This document shows, one piece after another, positions 52,712 to 64,000 of a stretch of DNA of 64,000 bases. A program made the position numbers and the translations under genes. The notes beneath the pieces were generated by a model, which worked only from the letters and a program-made list of their open reading frames with translations, did not search any database and was not told where the DNA came from. Position 1 is the stretch's first letter. Every line of letters begins with the position of its first letter. The stretch lies in contig OZ024747.1 of the NCBI GenBank assembly GCA_964016885.1, positions 1,612,001 through 1,676,000 of the forward strand, written 5' to 3'. Origin of the DNA: Eledone cirrhosa. Taxonomy: Eukaryota.

Positions 52712-53121
52712 GTAAGATAACTTTAGAATAATATCTTATAACTTTGAAACATGTCTGTCACTTTTCAAATCATTTGTAATATATAGTTGTATATTTTATA
52801 TAACCCTATATAATGACAGGGAGAGTTAAACATAATTTGTCATATATTTTACAGTTTTATACTAAAATATTCAGTGTTGAATTACTAAATATTTATTGCA
52901 AAATATATTCAAAATATATCAATAATTGTAAATTTTCTGCCAACAGATATTTTTGGATTTATTTTGAAATTAATAATTAAATGAATGGAATATTTCAAGT
53001 TAAGTTTTTTGCCATGTTAAGAAGCAATTTCTTGAAATGTATTTCTAACTGGAGTCACAAGAAGAATGTTTTGTTCTGTAACTCTCAATTCTATGTTGTA
53101 CATGTCTCTCATTAACTTTAG

Positions 53122-53272
53122 ATGTTTGTTCCAAGAGAAGAAAGTATGTCTCCAGGTTACAGAGAACTAAACAATACTGACCAATTCAGTGAGATGTCAA
53201 CATTATCATCTCACACTGATAGTGGTCATGGTTGGAGTGTTGGTAGTGCTGGACATTATGAAGAACTGCCAG
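53122..53272 (+). CDS. Protocadherin B cytoplasmic exon (CM1-like)
   Basis: 151 nt, canonical sites. Confidence 0.9.
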
Positions 53273-53490
53273 GTAAGTCTGAAATACTCAATATTTCTAC
53301 CAAAAATCTCTTATCCTTATAATTATTAGTGTATTTTAGTACTTTTAATTATTAAAACATCATATTATTCCAATGTAGTTTGTTAGCTGGTAAAATTCTT
53401 TCCAAGACCAGAATTATGTATTTTTAAAATTTACTTTCATTTTATTTTGTACAAAATTTGATTCTGTCCCCTAAATCAACCTATTTCCAG

Positions 53491-53831
53491 ATCTGTGTCG
53501 TTATCAAAGTGACAAGACATGGAACAGGAGAAATCAACTTCCACACACACTGACAAGATCAAGAGGAGATAACAACATTGGATATCATTATCAACCTAAT
53601 ATTAACACTTCCTGTGATCAGCAGCAAATACCTTTCACTATAACTGGTACCACATCTAACATAACTGAACAACCATCTACAATGACAAGTAACTTTACTT
53701 CAAAGAGTAAACCACCTCTACCAGCTGTACCTAAAGTAACAACAGTACCAAAGGTACCATCAATACCTCAGGTACCTTCTCTGACTATAGTAAAAAACTT
53801 ACATAGCAGCTCTATGGAAGCCCTGAAATAA
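53491..53831 (+). CDS. Protocadherin B terminal exon (...SMEALK*)
   Basis: tttccag acceptor, 341 nt, homologous to 46036-46376. Confidence 0.88.
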
Positions 53832-53930
53832 TATTACCATCTCTCAAGCAATCATTAATCCATACATCTTGATATATATAATCATTAATAAACTATTCCT
53901 CTAGATATATATTATAACAACTTTCTACAG

Positions 53931-54124
53931 TTGCAATGACAACTGACTTTACTTCAAACAGTAAACTAACTCTACCAGCTGTACCTAACAACACTATCAA
54001 AGGTACCATTAGTACCTCAGGAACCTCCTCTATCTACAAAAGTAAACTAACTCTACCAACTGTACCTAACAACACTATCAAAGGTACCATTAGAATCTCA
54101 AGTACCTCCTCTATCTACAACTAA
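53931..54124 (+). repeat. 81-bp array, only about 2 units
   Basis: Same unit and same upstream ttctacag as in gene A. Confidence 0.85.
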
Positions 54125-54843
54125 CACTAAAATAATATAAAACTAACAGTAGGAAGAATGCCACACTAAATACCATGTAGTATTTTGTTATATATCTTTG
54201 TGGACTGAGTTCAAATCCTACCCCAGTTCACCTTTGTTATATTCTGCCAGGGGGTCTTCTACAACCCTCACCAAATACAGTTTAATTATCTTAATTACAA
54301 TATCAAACATAACTTTACCTTATATAATGGTAAACTATATATAGTACAACAAATATTTGATATGAAAATATATATAGAGTGATAAATTATTCAAATATTA
54401 ACATTTTATAAAGAAATATTTGAGGCAATATTTTATAGAATTTATATAACGTCTCTATAACATTTCTTAAAGATATATTTATTTAGAGCCACAGTTTCGT
54501 ATTTTCAAATGAGTTCAATTATTCTATAATATAATTAATTACTTAAAATATTGTTTTAATAAATTTTTATTATAGATTTGTTAATTAAAGAAGTTTGGAA
54601 ACTAAACCAGAAAAGTTGAAACTATTGACTTGAAAAGGTTTTCAAAGTCTTACTAAAGTCATACAAAAAGATTCTTTCATTGGAATTATAATTTAATTAA
54701 TTTAATAATTAATATTTATTACATATTTTATTGTTTTAAACATTCTAGATATTAAATATTTCCACCTATTGAATTATAAATGTTCTAGTCACACACATCT
54801 ATATGTATCTCTATATATATATGTGTGTGTAAGTAAATATAAT

Positions 54844-55050
54844 AGTGTGTGAATCAGCCCATCATTAACTGCAAGAACTGGAGGCTGTACTTCCGTTTCC
54901 TTACTTGGGAACAACAGACAGCTTGTCATTGGCTACAACACATATTACATACTACATAACTTGATAGAACTATATAACAGTATACCAAACTACTCACAAC
55001 TACTATATCTTACCAGAATATTGAAACAGTAACAATATAAACAACTGTTG
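54844..55050 (+). promoter_or_regulatory. Conserved promoter and non-coding first exon of protocadherin C
   Basis: Same block, with TGAGTCA changed to TGAATCA. Confidence 0.75.
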
Positions 55051-56291
55051 GTAAGTATTTCTATAAAGTTATTGTTTTATAAATTAGTTATTTAGATATT
55101 TGGTAAAGTCTCTCTATGTCTCTAAGTTACCATCTTGGTAAAACAACATCACTATAACAGTGAAATACTTCCAGTATAACAATATCATTTTAATAAGTTA
55201 TTTTATTAAGTTTTCATAATATATTTTTCTACAATTATTTTAAGATTGTTGCTTTTAAAAGAACACAAATATAATTTAATATTTACAAAATTATTTAATT
55301 TATTATAATGTTTAAAATATATTTTCTAATATTCCTAAGCTAGTTATAATATAAATCAGTGAAACGTTATATTAATAATAATATATTTGTTTATTATTTC
55401 TAATGATAAGATATTGTTTAGTTTTGTTGGTTTATTATTGTTATAGTGTTAAATATATTGTATGTTATCCTAGAATGTGAGATGTAACCAGGATGTAGCA
55501 TTGATTGTAAGGGAGGTTACTCTTAATGACTTTAATGAGGGAGCCTTTATGTGATGGTTTAACTTGCTGGAAATAGTAGCTACATATTCCTCAAATAACA
55601 TCTTATCCTCTTTATAAAGAGAACATATTGGATAACATATTCCTGGATATATATAGAAAGATGGGGTTTTCCTAACTTGGATATGTTTAATCATTAGTCT
55701 GCCCTTCAATGTTGACCAGGTGCTAATCAAGAACAGTAACAACCCTTAATACAGAGGTCTCAGCCATACAGCCCACAAACTACTTCTCTATGGCCCTTGA
55801 TAGAACAAAGGAAACTTGTCCCCTAAATTTTGTACTGCTTCATATATCTCACTTACTATCACACTATCTCTCTCCAATTTACTTTCCCCACATCATCTGC
55901 TCTGTGAACTTCATCAATTTGAGATCAACTCTCTCCATCTCCACCCAGGTGTTCCCTAGGTTTCATGTATTGTGGCTTCCCTTCACTGGGATTTCCAGTC
56001 TCTTATTCACCCAGCAATCATCATCCATGTGCATCACATGTCCATACCAGTGCAGTCTCCTCTCCACCATGCTATTTCAGATTTCTCTTACACCCAGTTT
56101 TTCTCTCAGTTCAACCATTCTTTGTCATTCATACACATTAACACTGCACATCCATCAAAACATTGATAAATATATCAACATTTAGAGATACATTTCATGG
56201 GAATATATGTTAAGTATTATTTTCATAGCTTTATGAACTCTACATTTGTGAATATCAATTGTTTACTATAAACTTCTATTTCAGATTAACA

Positions 56292-58706
56292 ATGTCTCCA
56301 TTGATATTGTTGTTGTTGTTAATGGCTGACAACTGCTGGTGTCTGGATCATATCTATCATGTGAAAGAGAACAATGATATACACAGCTATATTGGAGATA
56401 TTGTTACTGATACACACTTACTGGATAATATAACATCTGTGGATGATAGAAAGAAACTGAGATTTAATGTACTCCAGGATAGTACTGATGAAACTGTTCA
56501 GTTATTTAATGTTACATCTGGAGGACAACTGTACACAGCTGCCATATTGGATGCTGAAACTCTGTGTCAATATAATGTGGAATGTTTCAGGATATTGGAA
56601 ATAGCAGTTCAATATAGCCATTCTTATATGAAGATATTAGAAATCAAAGTTATGATAGAAGATGTCAATGATAATTATCCTGTGTTTCCAAACAAAGAAT
56701 TTCAACTAAAATTTGATGAAAGTGTGGCAAAAGGCTCCAAAGAAATAATACCAAATGCTATTGATAAAGATGTCAACATTCAGAACTCCAAAATTAATTA
56801 TAAAATCAAAGATAATTTAGATATCCCTTTCAAATTAGTTTTATCACATAAATCTGGAGAAGCTGATTTACTTGAACTGGTTTTAGAAGAGAATTTAGAT
56901 CGAGAAAGAAAATCTGATTATCATTTCCAACTAGCTGCTATAGATGGAGGATCTCCACCTAAAGAAGGTATACTGGATATAAAAATATTAGTGGAAGATA
57001 AAAATGATAATTCACCATTATTCTCTCAAAGTATTTATAATATCTCAATAAATGATAAACACCAGTTGAAGAAACCTGTATTTATATTTTCTGCTACAGA
57101 CTTGGATGAAGGTGAAAATGGGAGAATTTCTTACTTAATTAATTCTAAAACAACAGAAAAGTCAAAAATTGTTTTTAAATTAGATGAAGATACGGGAGAA
57201 TTGTTTCTGACAAAAGAATTTGAGTTTGGACGAATCTATGAATTATTTGTTGAAGCCAGAGATAATGGTAAACCTCCAAGATATTCGAGAGAAACACATG
57301 TTCTTATAAATGGTATCAGCCACTTTAACAATCCACCAAACATTGATGTCAAGTTTGTCTTAAAGTCAACTGGAAACACAGCTGTCATCTCAGAAGCAAC
57401 TCTAATTCACAGCTTTGTTGCTTATGTCAAAGTTACTGACAATGATAATGAAGTTAATGGACAAGTGAAGTGTTATTTAGAAAATAAATACCTTCAGTTA
57501 ATCTCAATATCTCAGAAGAAATATAAAGTTGTTGTAAAGAGTAAAATAGATAGAGAGAGTGAGAAGAGTTTTAATTTCACGATTAAATGTCAAGATAAAG
57601 GTTTACCTCCATTGAGAGTAGAGAAAGAGTTTTCTATGTTAGTTACTGATATAAATGATGTGAAACCTAAGTTTAGTGAGGATATATTTAAATTTCTCAC
57701 CTATGAAAATGAAGATAAAGACTTCCCTGTTGGATATATCAATGCTACAGACCCAGATCTTGGAGATGGAGGACAATTGATCTATTCTCTTTTAAATAAT
57801 GGGAAAGATATTCTACCATTTCAGATATCAAATCTGGGATTTATTTCTACAACTCAGTCACTAGATAGAGAAGAAAAGAAGATGTATGAGTTTAATGTTT
57901 TAGTAAAAGATAAAGGAAGACCATCACTAGAGAACACAGCAAATGTTATTGTTGAAGTTATGGATTTAAATGATAATGTTCCATATTTCAGTTTCCCTAA
58001 TGTTAACCCTTTTAGTCTTGATGTTCACTACCATCCTCACAGTGAACATGATATCACAGTTATAAGGGCCTCTGATAGAGATAGTCAACATAATGCCTTC
58101 CTTACATATGAAATAGTAAGAGGTAATAAGAAAGAGTTATTTAGAATTAATCCTCACTCTGGTGTCTTATCTTTCTCTCGGTCAGTTTACCAAAATGATG
58201 CTGGACTCTATCAACTAGAATTAAGTGTAAAAGATAATGGTAGTCCAGTTCTGTCATCAACAACAACTTTATCTTTGACTTTAACAGTTAGTAACAACAC
58301 ATCAAAGATATTTAAGACATCTTTAAAGACAACAACATTAAGTAAAGGTCTTCCTTTTAAAGTGATAATTATTATTGTTATAGCAACTGTGGTAGTATCA
58401 GTTGTTATAGTGATCTCTATATCAATCTGTATAGTTCATAGACTAAAGCAGACAGATAGTAACTATAGTAGTGGTAGTAGTAGTAGTAGTGGTGGTGGTA
58501 GTGTTGATATGTACCACAAGGTTACACCTACATTAAATATACAGTCAAAATATATCTTTGATCCAACTTGTGTTGATCCTGGAGTACATTATACCATGGG
58601 GAGAAATGTGAAGAAATCTCAACCAATGATAGACAGAGAAGATATTCACTGCAGAACTCTACCAGGTGACAGATGGGGTAATCCAGCTTTCAGACCTCAT
58701 CAACAG
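56292..58706 (+). CDS. Protocadherin C, large exon (SP, EC1-6, TM)
   Basis: Acceptor at 56284, ATG at 56292, CAG|gtaaga donor. EC2-EC3 divergent. Confidence 0.96.
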
Positions 58707-58774
58707 GTAAGATAACTTTAGAATAATATCTTATAACTTGGAAACATGTCTGTGACTTTTCAAATCATTTATGA

Positions 58775-59468
58775 CATCATCATCATTGTCTTACGTCCAC
58801 CTATCGCTGCTTGCAAGGGTGGGATCGGTCCTTTCCAGCACAGCATCCCTCCTTTCTCCTTTCGTCACGGTTCTCGTCATCTCCTCTGTGAGCTTCAGCG
58901 ATCTGAGGTCAGCTACCCCACCTTTGCTTGTATAGAGATTTTCGTTGTCTTCCTCTACTGCATCTTCCTTCCACTGGGATTTCTTGGCACTTCTTTACCC
59001 AGCAGTCATCTTCATTGCGTATCGCATATCCATATCAATGAAGTCTTCTCACCCACACACTACAGCCTATCCCTCTTATATACAGTTTCCCTCTCAACTC
59101 ATCTATGCTTGGTTGTTCACGCATATTGATGTTACACATCCAATGGAGCATACTTGCTTCATTTCTCTCCAGACGTCGCATATCCTCCACAGTTGCTGCC
59201 CATGTCTCACTACCATGCAGCATGGCGTAGCTCACACAGGCATCATATAACCAGCCTTTTGTTCGTAGGGAGAAACTCTTCTTTGTCAACAGAGGAAGCA
59301 GCTCCCTAAACTTCTTCCAACCTGTTCTTATATAGATACTATGGCCTTGGTGCACCCTCCTTCCTTGGTAATCTGGTCACCTAGGTATAGGAAGCTATCA
59401 ACCACCTCCATAGAACCTACCTATATTTGAAAAATACGTCTATCACTGCCACTTCTATTATCAAATTT
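58775..59468 (-). mobile_element. 5'-truncated RTE copy in PCDH-C intron 2, related to 13400-15822
   Basis: [18 protein letters not shown]...[10 protein letters not shown] near-identical peptide; (GAT)n tail. Absent at the same position of gene B. Confidence 0.92.
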
Positions 59469-59813
59469 ATAGTTGTATATTTTATATAACCCTATATCAT
59501 GACAAGGAGAGTTAAACATAATTTGTCATGTATCTTACAGTTTTATACTAAATTATTCAGTGTTGAATTACTAAATATTTATCGCAAAATATATTCAAAA
59601 TATATCGATAATTGTAAATTTTCTCCAAACATATATTTTTGGATTTATTTTGAAATTAATAATTAAATGAATGGAATATTTCAAGTGATAGTTAAGTTTT
59701 CTGCCATGTCAAGAAGCAATTTCTTGAAATGTATTTCTAACTGGAACCACAAGAAGAATGTTTTGTTCTGTGACTCTCAATTCTATGTTGTACATGTATC
59801 TCATTAACTTTAG

Positions 59814-59964
59814 ATGTTTGTTCCAAGAGAAGAAAGTATGTCTCCAGGTTACAGAGAACTAAACAATACTGACCAATTCAGTGAGATGTCAACATTATCA
59901 TCTCACACTGATAGTGGTCATGGTTGGAGTGTTGGTAGTGCTGGACATTATGAGGAACTGCCAG
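59814..59964 (+). CDS. Protocadherin C cytoplasmic exon (CM1-like)
   Basis: 151 nt, canonical sites. Confidence 0.9.
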
Positions 59965-60180
59965 GTAAGTCTGAAATACTCAATATTTCTACAAAAATCT
60001 CTTATCCATACAATGTTAAGCGTATTTTAATATTTCTAATTATTAAAACATCATTTTATTCCAATGTAGTTTGTTAATTAGTAAAATTCTTTCCAAGACC
60101 AGAATTATGTATTTTAAAATTTACTTTCACTTTATTTTGTACAAAATTTGATTCTGTCCCCTAAATCAACCTATTTCCAG

Positions 60181-60521
60181 ATCTGTGTCGTTATCAAAGT
60201 GACAATACATGGAACAGGAGAAATCAACTTCCACACACACTGACAAGATCAAGAGGAGATAACAACATAGGATATCATTATCAACCTAATATTAACACTT
60301 CCTGTGATCAGCACCAAATACCTTTCACTATAACTGGTACCACATCTAACATAACTGAACAACCATCTACAATGACAAGTGACTTTACTTCAAAGAGTAA
60401 ACCACCTCTACCAGCTGTACCTAGAGTAACAACAGTACCAAAGGTACCATCAATACCTCAGGTACCTTCTCTGACTATAGTAAAAAACTTACATAGCAGC
60501 TCTATGGAAGCCCTGAATTAA
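60181..60521 (+). CDS. Protocadherin C terminal exon (...SMEALN*)
   Basis: tttccag acceptor, 341 nt. Confidence 0.88.
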
Positions 60522-60620
60522 TATTACCATCTCTCAAGCAATCATTAATCCATACATATTGATATATATAATCATTAATAAACTATTCCTCTAGATATAT
60601 ATTATAACAACCTTCTACAG

Positions 60621-62210
60621 TTGCAAGGACAAGTGACTTTACTTCAAACAGTAAACTAACTCTACCAGCTGTACCTAACAACACTGTCAAAGGTACCATT
60701 AGTACCTCAGGTACCTCCTCTATCTACAACAGTAAACCAGCACTACCAGCTGTACCTAACAACACTATCAAAGGTACCATTAGTACCTCAGGTAACCTCC
60801 TCTATCTACAACAGTAAACTAACTCTACCAGCTGTACCTAACAACACTATCAAAGGTACCATTAGTACCTCAGGTACCTCCTCTATCTACAACAGTAAAC
60901 TAACTCTACCAGCTGTACCTAACAACACTATCAAAGGTACCATTAGTACCTCAGGTACCATTAGTACCTCAGGTACCTCCTCTATCTACAACAGTAAACT
61001 AACTCTACCAACTGTACCTAACAACACTATCAAAGGTACCATTAGTACCTCAGGTACCTCCTCTATCTACAACAGTAAACCAGCACTACCAGCTGTACCT
61101 AACAACACTATCAAAGGTACCATTAGTACCTCAGGTACCTCCTCTATCTACAACAGTAAACTAACTCTACCAGCTGTACCTAACAACACTATCAAAGGTA
61201 CCATTAGTACCTCAGGTACCTCCTCTATCTACAACAGTAAACCAGCACTACCAGCTGTACCTAACAACACTATCAAAGGTACCATTAGTACCCCAGGTAC
61301 CTCCTCTATCTACAACAGTAAACCAGCACTACCAGCTGTACCTAACAACACTATCAAAGGTACCATTAGTACCTCAGGTACCTCCTCTATCTACAACAGT
61401 AAACCAGCACTACCAGCTGTACCTAACAACACTATCAAAGGTACCATTAGTACCTCAGGTACCTCCTCTATCTACAACAGTAAACTAACTCTACCAGCTG
61501 TACCTAACAACACTATCAAAGGTACCATTAGTACCTCAGGTACCTCCTCTATCTACAACAGTAAACCAGCACTACCAGCTGTACCTAACAACACTATCAA
61601 AGGTACCATTAGTACCCCAGGTACCTCCTCTATCTACAACAGTAAACCAGCTCTACCAGCTGTACCTAACAACACTATTAAAGGTACCATCAGTACCTCA
61701 GGTACCTCCTCTATCTACAACAGTAAACTAACTCTACCAACTGTACCTAACAACACTATCAAAGGTACCATTAGTACCTCAGGTACCTCCTCTATCTACA
61801 ACAGTAAACTAACTCTACCAGCTGTACCTAACAACACTATCAAAGGTACCATTAGTACCTCAGGTACCTCCTCTATCTACAACAGTAAACCAGCACTACC
61901 AGCTGTACCTAACAACACTATCAAAGGTACCATTAGTACCTCAGGTACCTCCTCTATCTACAACAGTAAACTAACTCTACCAGCTGTACCTAACAACACT
62001 ATCAAAGGTACCATTAGTACCTCAGGTACCTCCTCTATCTACAACAGTAAACCAGCACTACCAGCTGTACCTAACAACACTATCAAAGGTACCATTAGTA
62101 CCTCAGGTACCTCCTCTATCTACAACAGTAAACTAACTCTACCAGATGTACCTAACAACACTATCAAAGGTACCATTAGAATCTCAGGTACCTCCTATAT
62201 CTACAACTAA
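60621..62210 (+). repeat. 81-bp tandem array (about 19 units) after PCDH-C
   Basis: Same unit; 1-nt insertion near 60794 and an 18-nt duplication near 60950. Confidence 0.9.
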
Positions 62211-62928
62211 CACTAAAATATTATAAAACTAACAGTAGGAAGAATGCCACATTAAATACCATGTGGTATTCTGTTATATATCTTTGTGGACTGAGATCAA
62301 ATCCTACCCCAGTTCACCTTTGTTATATTCTCCCAGGGGTCTTCTACAACCCTCACCAAATACAGTTTAATTGTCTTAATTACAATATCAAACATAACTT
62401 TACCTTATATAATGGTAAACTATATATAGTACAACAAATATTTGATATGAAAATATATATAGAGGGATAAATTATTCAAATATTAACATTTTATCAAGAA
62501 ATATCTGAGAGAATATTTTATAGAATTTATATAACATCTCTATAACATTTCTTAAAGATATATTTATTTAGAGCCACAGTTTCGTATTTTCAAATGAGTT
62601 CAATTATTCTATAATATAATTAATTACTTAAAATATTGTTTTAATAACATTTTATTATAGATTTGTTAAGTAAAGAAGTTTGTAAACACAACAGGAAAAG
62701 TTGAAACTATTGACTTGAAAAAGTTTTCAAAGTCTTACTAAAGTCATAAAATAAGGTTCCTTCATTGAAATTATAATTTAATTAATTTAATAATTAATAT
62801 CTATTATATATTTCATTGTTTTAAATATTTTAGATATTAAATATTTCCACCTATTGAATTATAAATGTTCTAGTCACACACATGTATATGTATCTCTATA
62901 TATATATGTGTGTGTAAGTAAATATAAT

Positions 62929-63135
62929 AGTGTGTGAGTCAGCCCATCATTAACTGCAAGAACTGGAGGCTGTACTTCCGTTTCCTTACTTGGGAACAAC
63001 AGACAGCTTGTCATTGGCTACAACACATATTACATACTACATAACTTGATAGAACTATATAACAGTATACCAAACTACTCACAACTACTATATCTTACCA
63101 GAATATTGAAACAGTAACAATATAAACAACTGTTG
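62929..63135 (+). promoter_or_regulatory. Promoter and non-coding first exon of a fourth protocadherin that continues beyond the window
   Basis: Same block followed by intron-1 sequence homologous to genes B and C. Confidence 0.75.
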
Positions 63136-64000
63136 GTAAGTATTTCTATAAAGTTATTCTCTGTTTTATAAATTAGTTATTTAGATATTTGGTAAAGTCT
63201 CTCTATGTCTCTAAGTTACCATCTTGGTAAAACTACATCACTATAATAGTAAAATACTTCCAGTATAACAATATCATTTTAATAAGTTATTTTATTAAGA
63301 TTTCATAATATATTTTTCTACAATTATTTTAAGATTGTTGCTTTTAAAAAAACACAAATATAATTTAATATTTACAAAATTATTTAATTTATTATAATGT
63401 TTAAAATATATTTTCTAATATTCCTAAACTAGTTATAATATAAATCAGTGAAACGTTATATTAATAATAATATAAATCAGTGAAAGGTTATATTAATAAT
63501 AATAATATATTTGTTTATTATTTCTAATGATAAGATATTGTTTAGTTTTGTTGGTTTATTATTGTTATAGTGTTAAATATATTGTATGTTATCCTAGAAT
63601 GTGAGATGTAACCAGGATGTAGCATTGATTGTAAGGGAAGTTACTCTTAATGACTTTAATGAGGGGGCCTTTATGTGATGGTTTAACTTGCTGGAAATAG
63701 TAGCTACATATTCCTCAAATAACATCTTTATAAAGAGAACAACATATTGGATAAAGTATTTTTAGATATATATAGAATATATGGGGTGTTCCTACCTTGC
63801 ATATGTTTAATCAGTAGTCTGCCCTTCAATGTTGACCAGGTGCTAATCAAGAACAGCAACAACCCTTAATACAAGGGTCTCAACCATACAGCCCACAAAC
63901 TACTTCTCTATGGCCCTTGATAGAAGAAAGGAAAATTTGTCCCCTAAATTTTGAACTGATTCATATATCCCACCTACTTCTATCTAGGTCACTTTATTAG

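Noticed and set aside
41942-60521. Vertebrate-style variable exons spliced to shared constant exons
   Set aside because: Each large exon has its own downstream cytoplasmic exons, so these are complete tandem genes. Cross-gene splicing cannot be excluded from DNA alone.

Overview
Eukaryotic, repeat-rich DNA, almost certainly from a coleoid cephalopod (Octopus-like). The assignment rests on the tRNA-derived and RTE-tailed SINEs and on octopus-type protocadherins. Bases 1-32945 hold the 3' part of an LMAN1/ERGIC-53 gene: 8 exons visible, phases consistent, ending in a TM segment and KKFY. Its introns are filled with mini/microsatellites, a long RTE LINE with a PHD-like finger, a Penelope-like element (RT + GIY-YIG) and several fold-back elements whose arms each carry a minimal type-I hammerhead ribozyme motif. 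Bases ~39600-64000 hold a head-to-tail cluster of complete 6-EC protocadherin genes: three whole genes plus the promoter and first exon of a fourth. Each has its own shared promoter block and 4-exon structure. The three genes are almost identical except in EC2-EC3. Each is followed by an 81-bp tandem array derived from the gene's own C-terminal coding sequence, behind an AG acceptor that is in phase with the preceding exon. Most short ORFs in the supplied track are repeat artefacts. All calls come from reading the sequence by eye; no searches were run.
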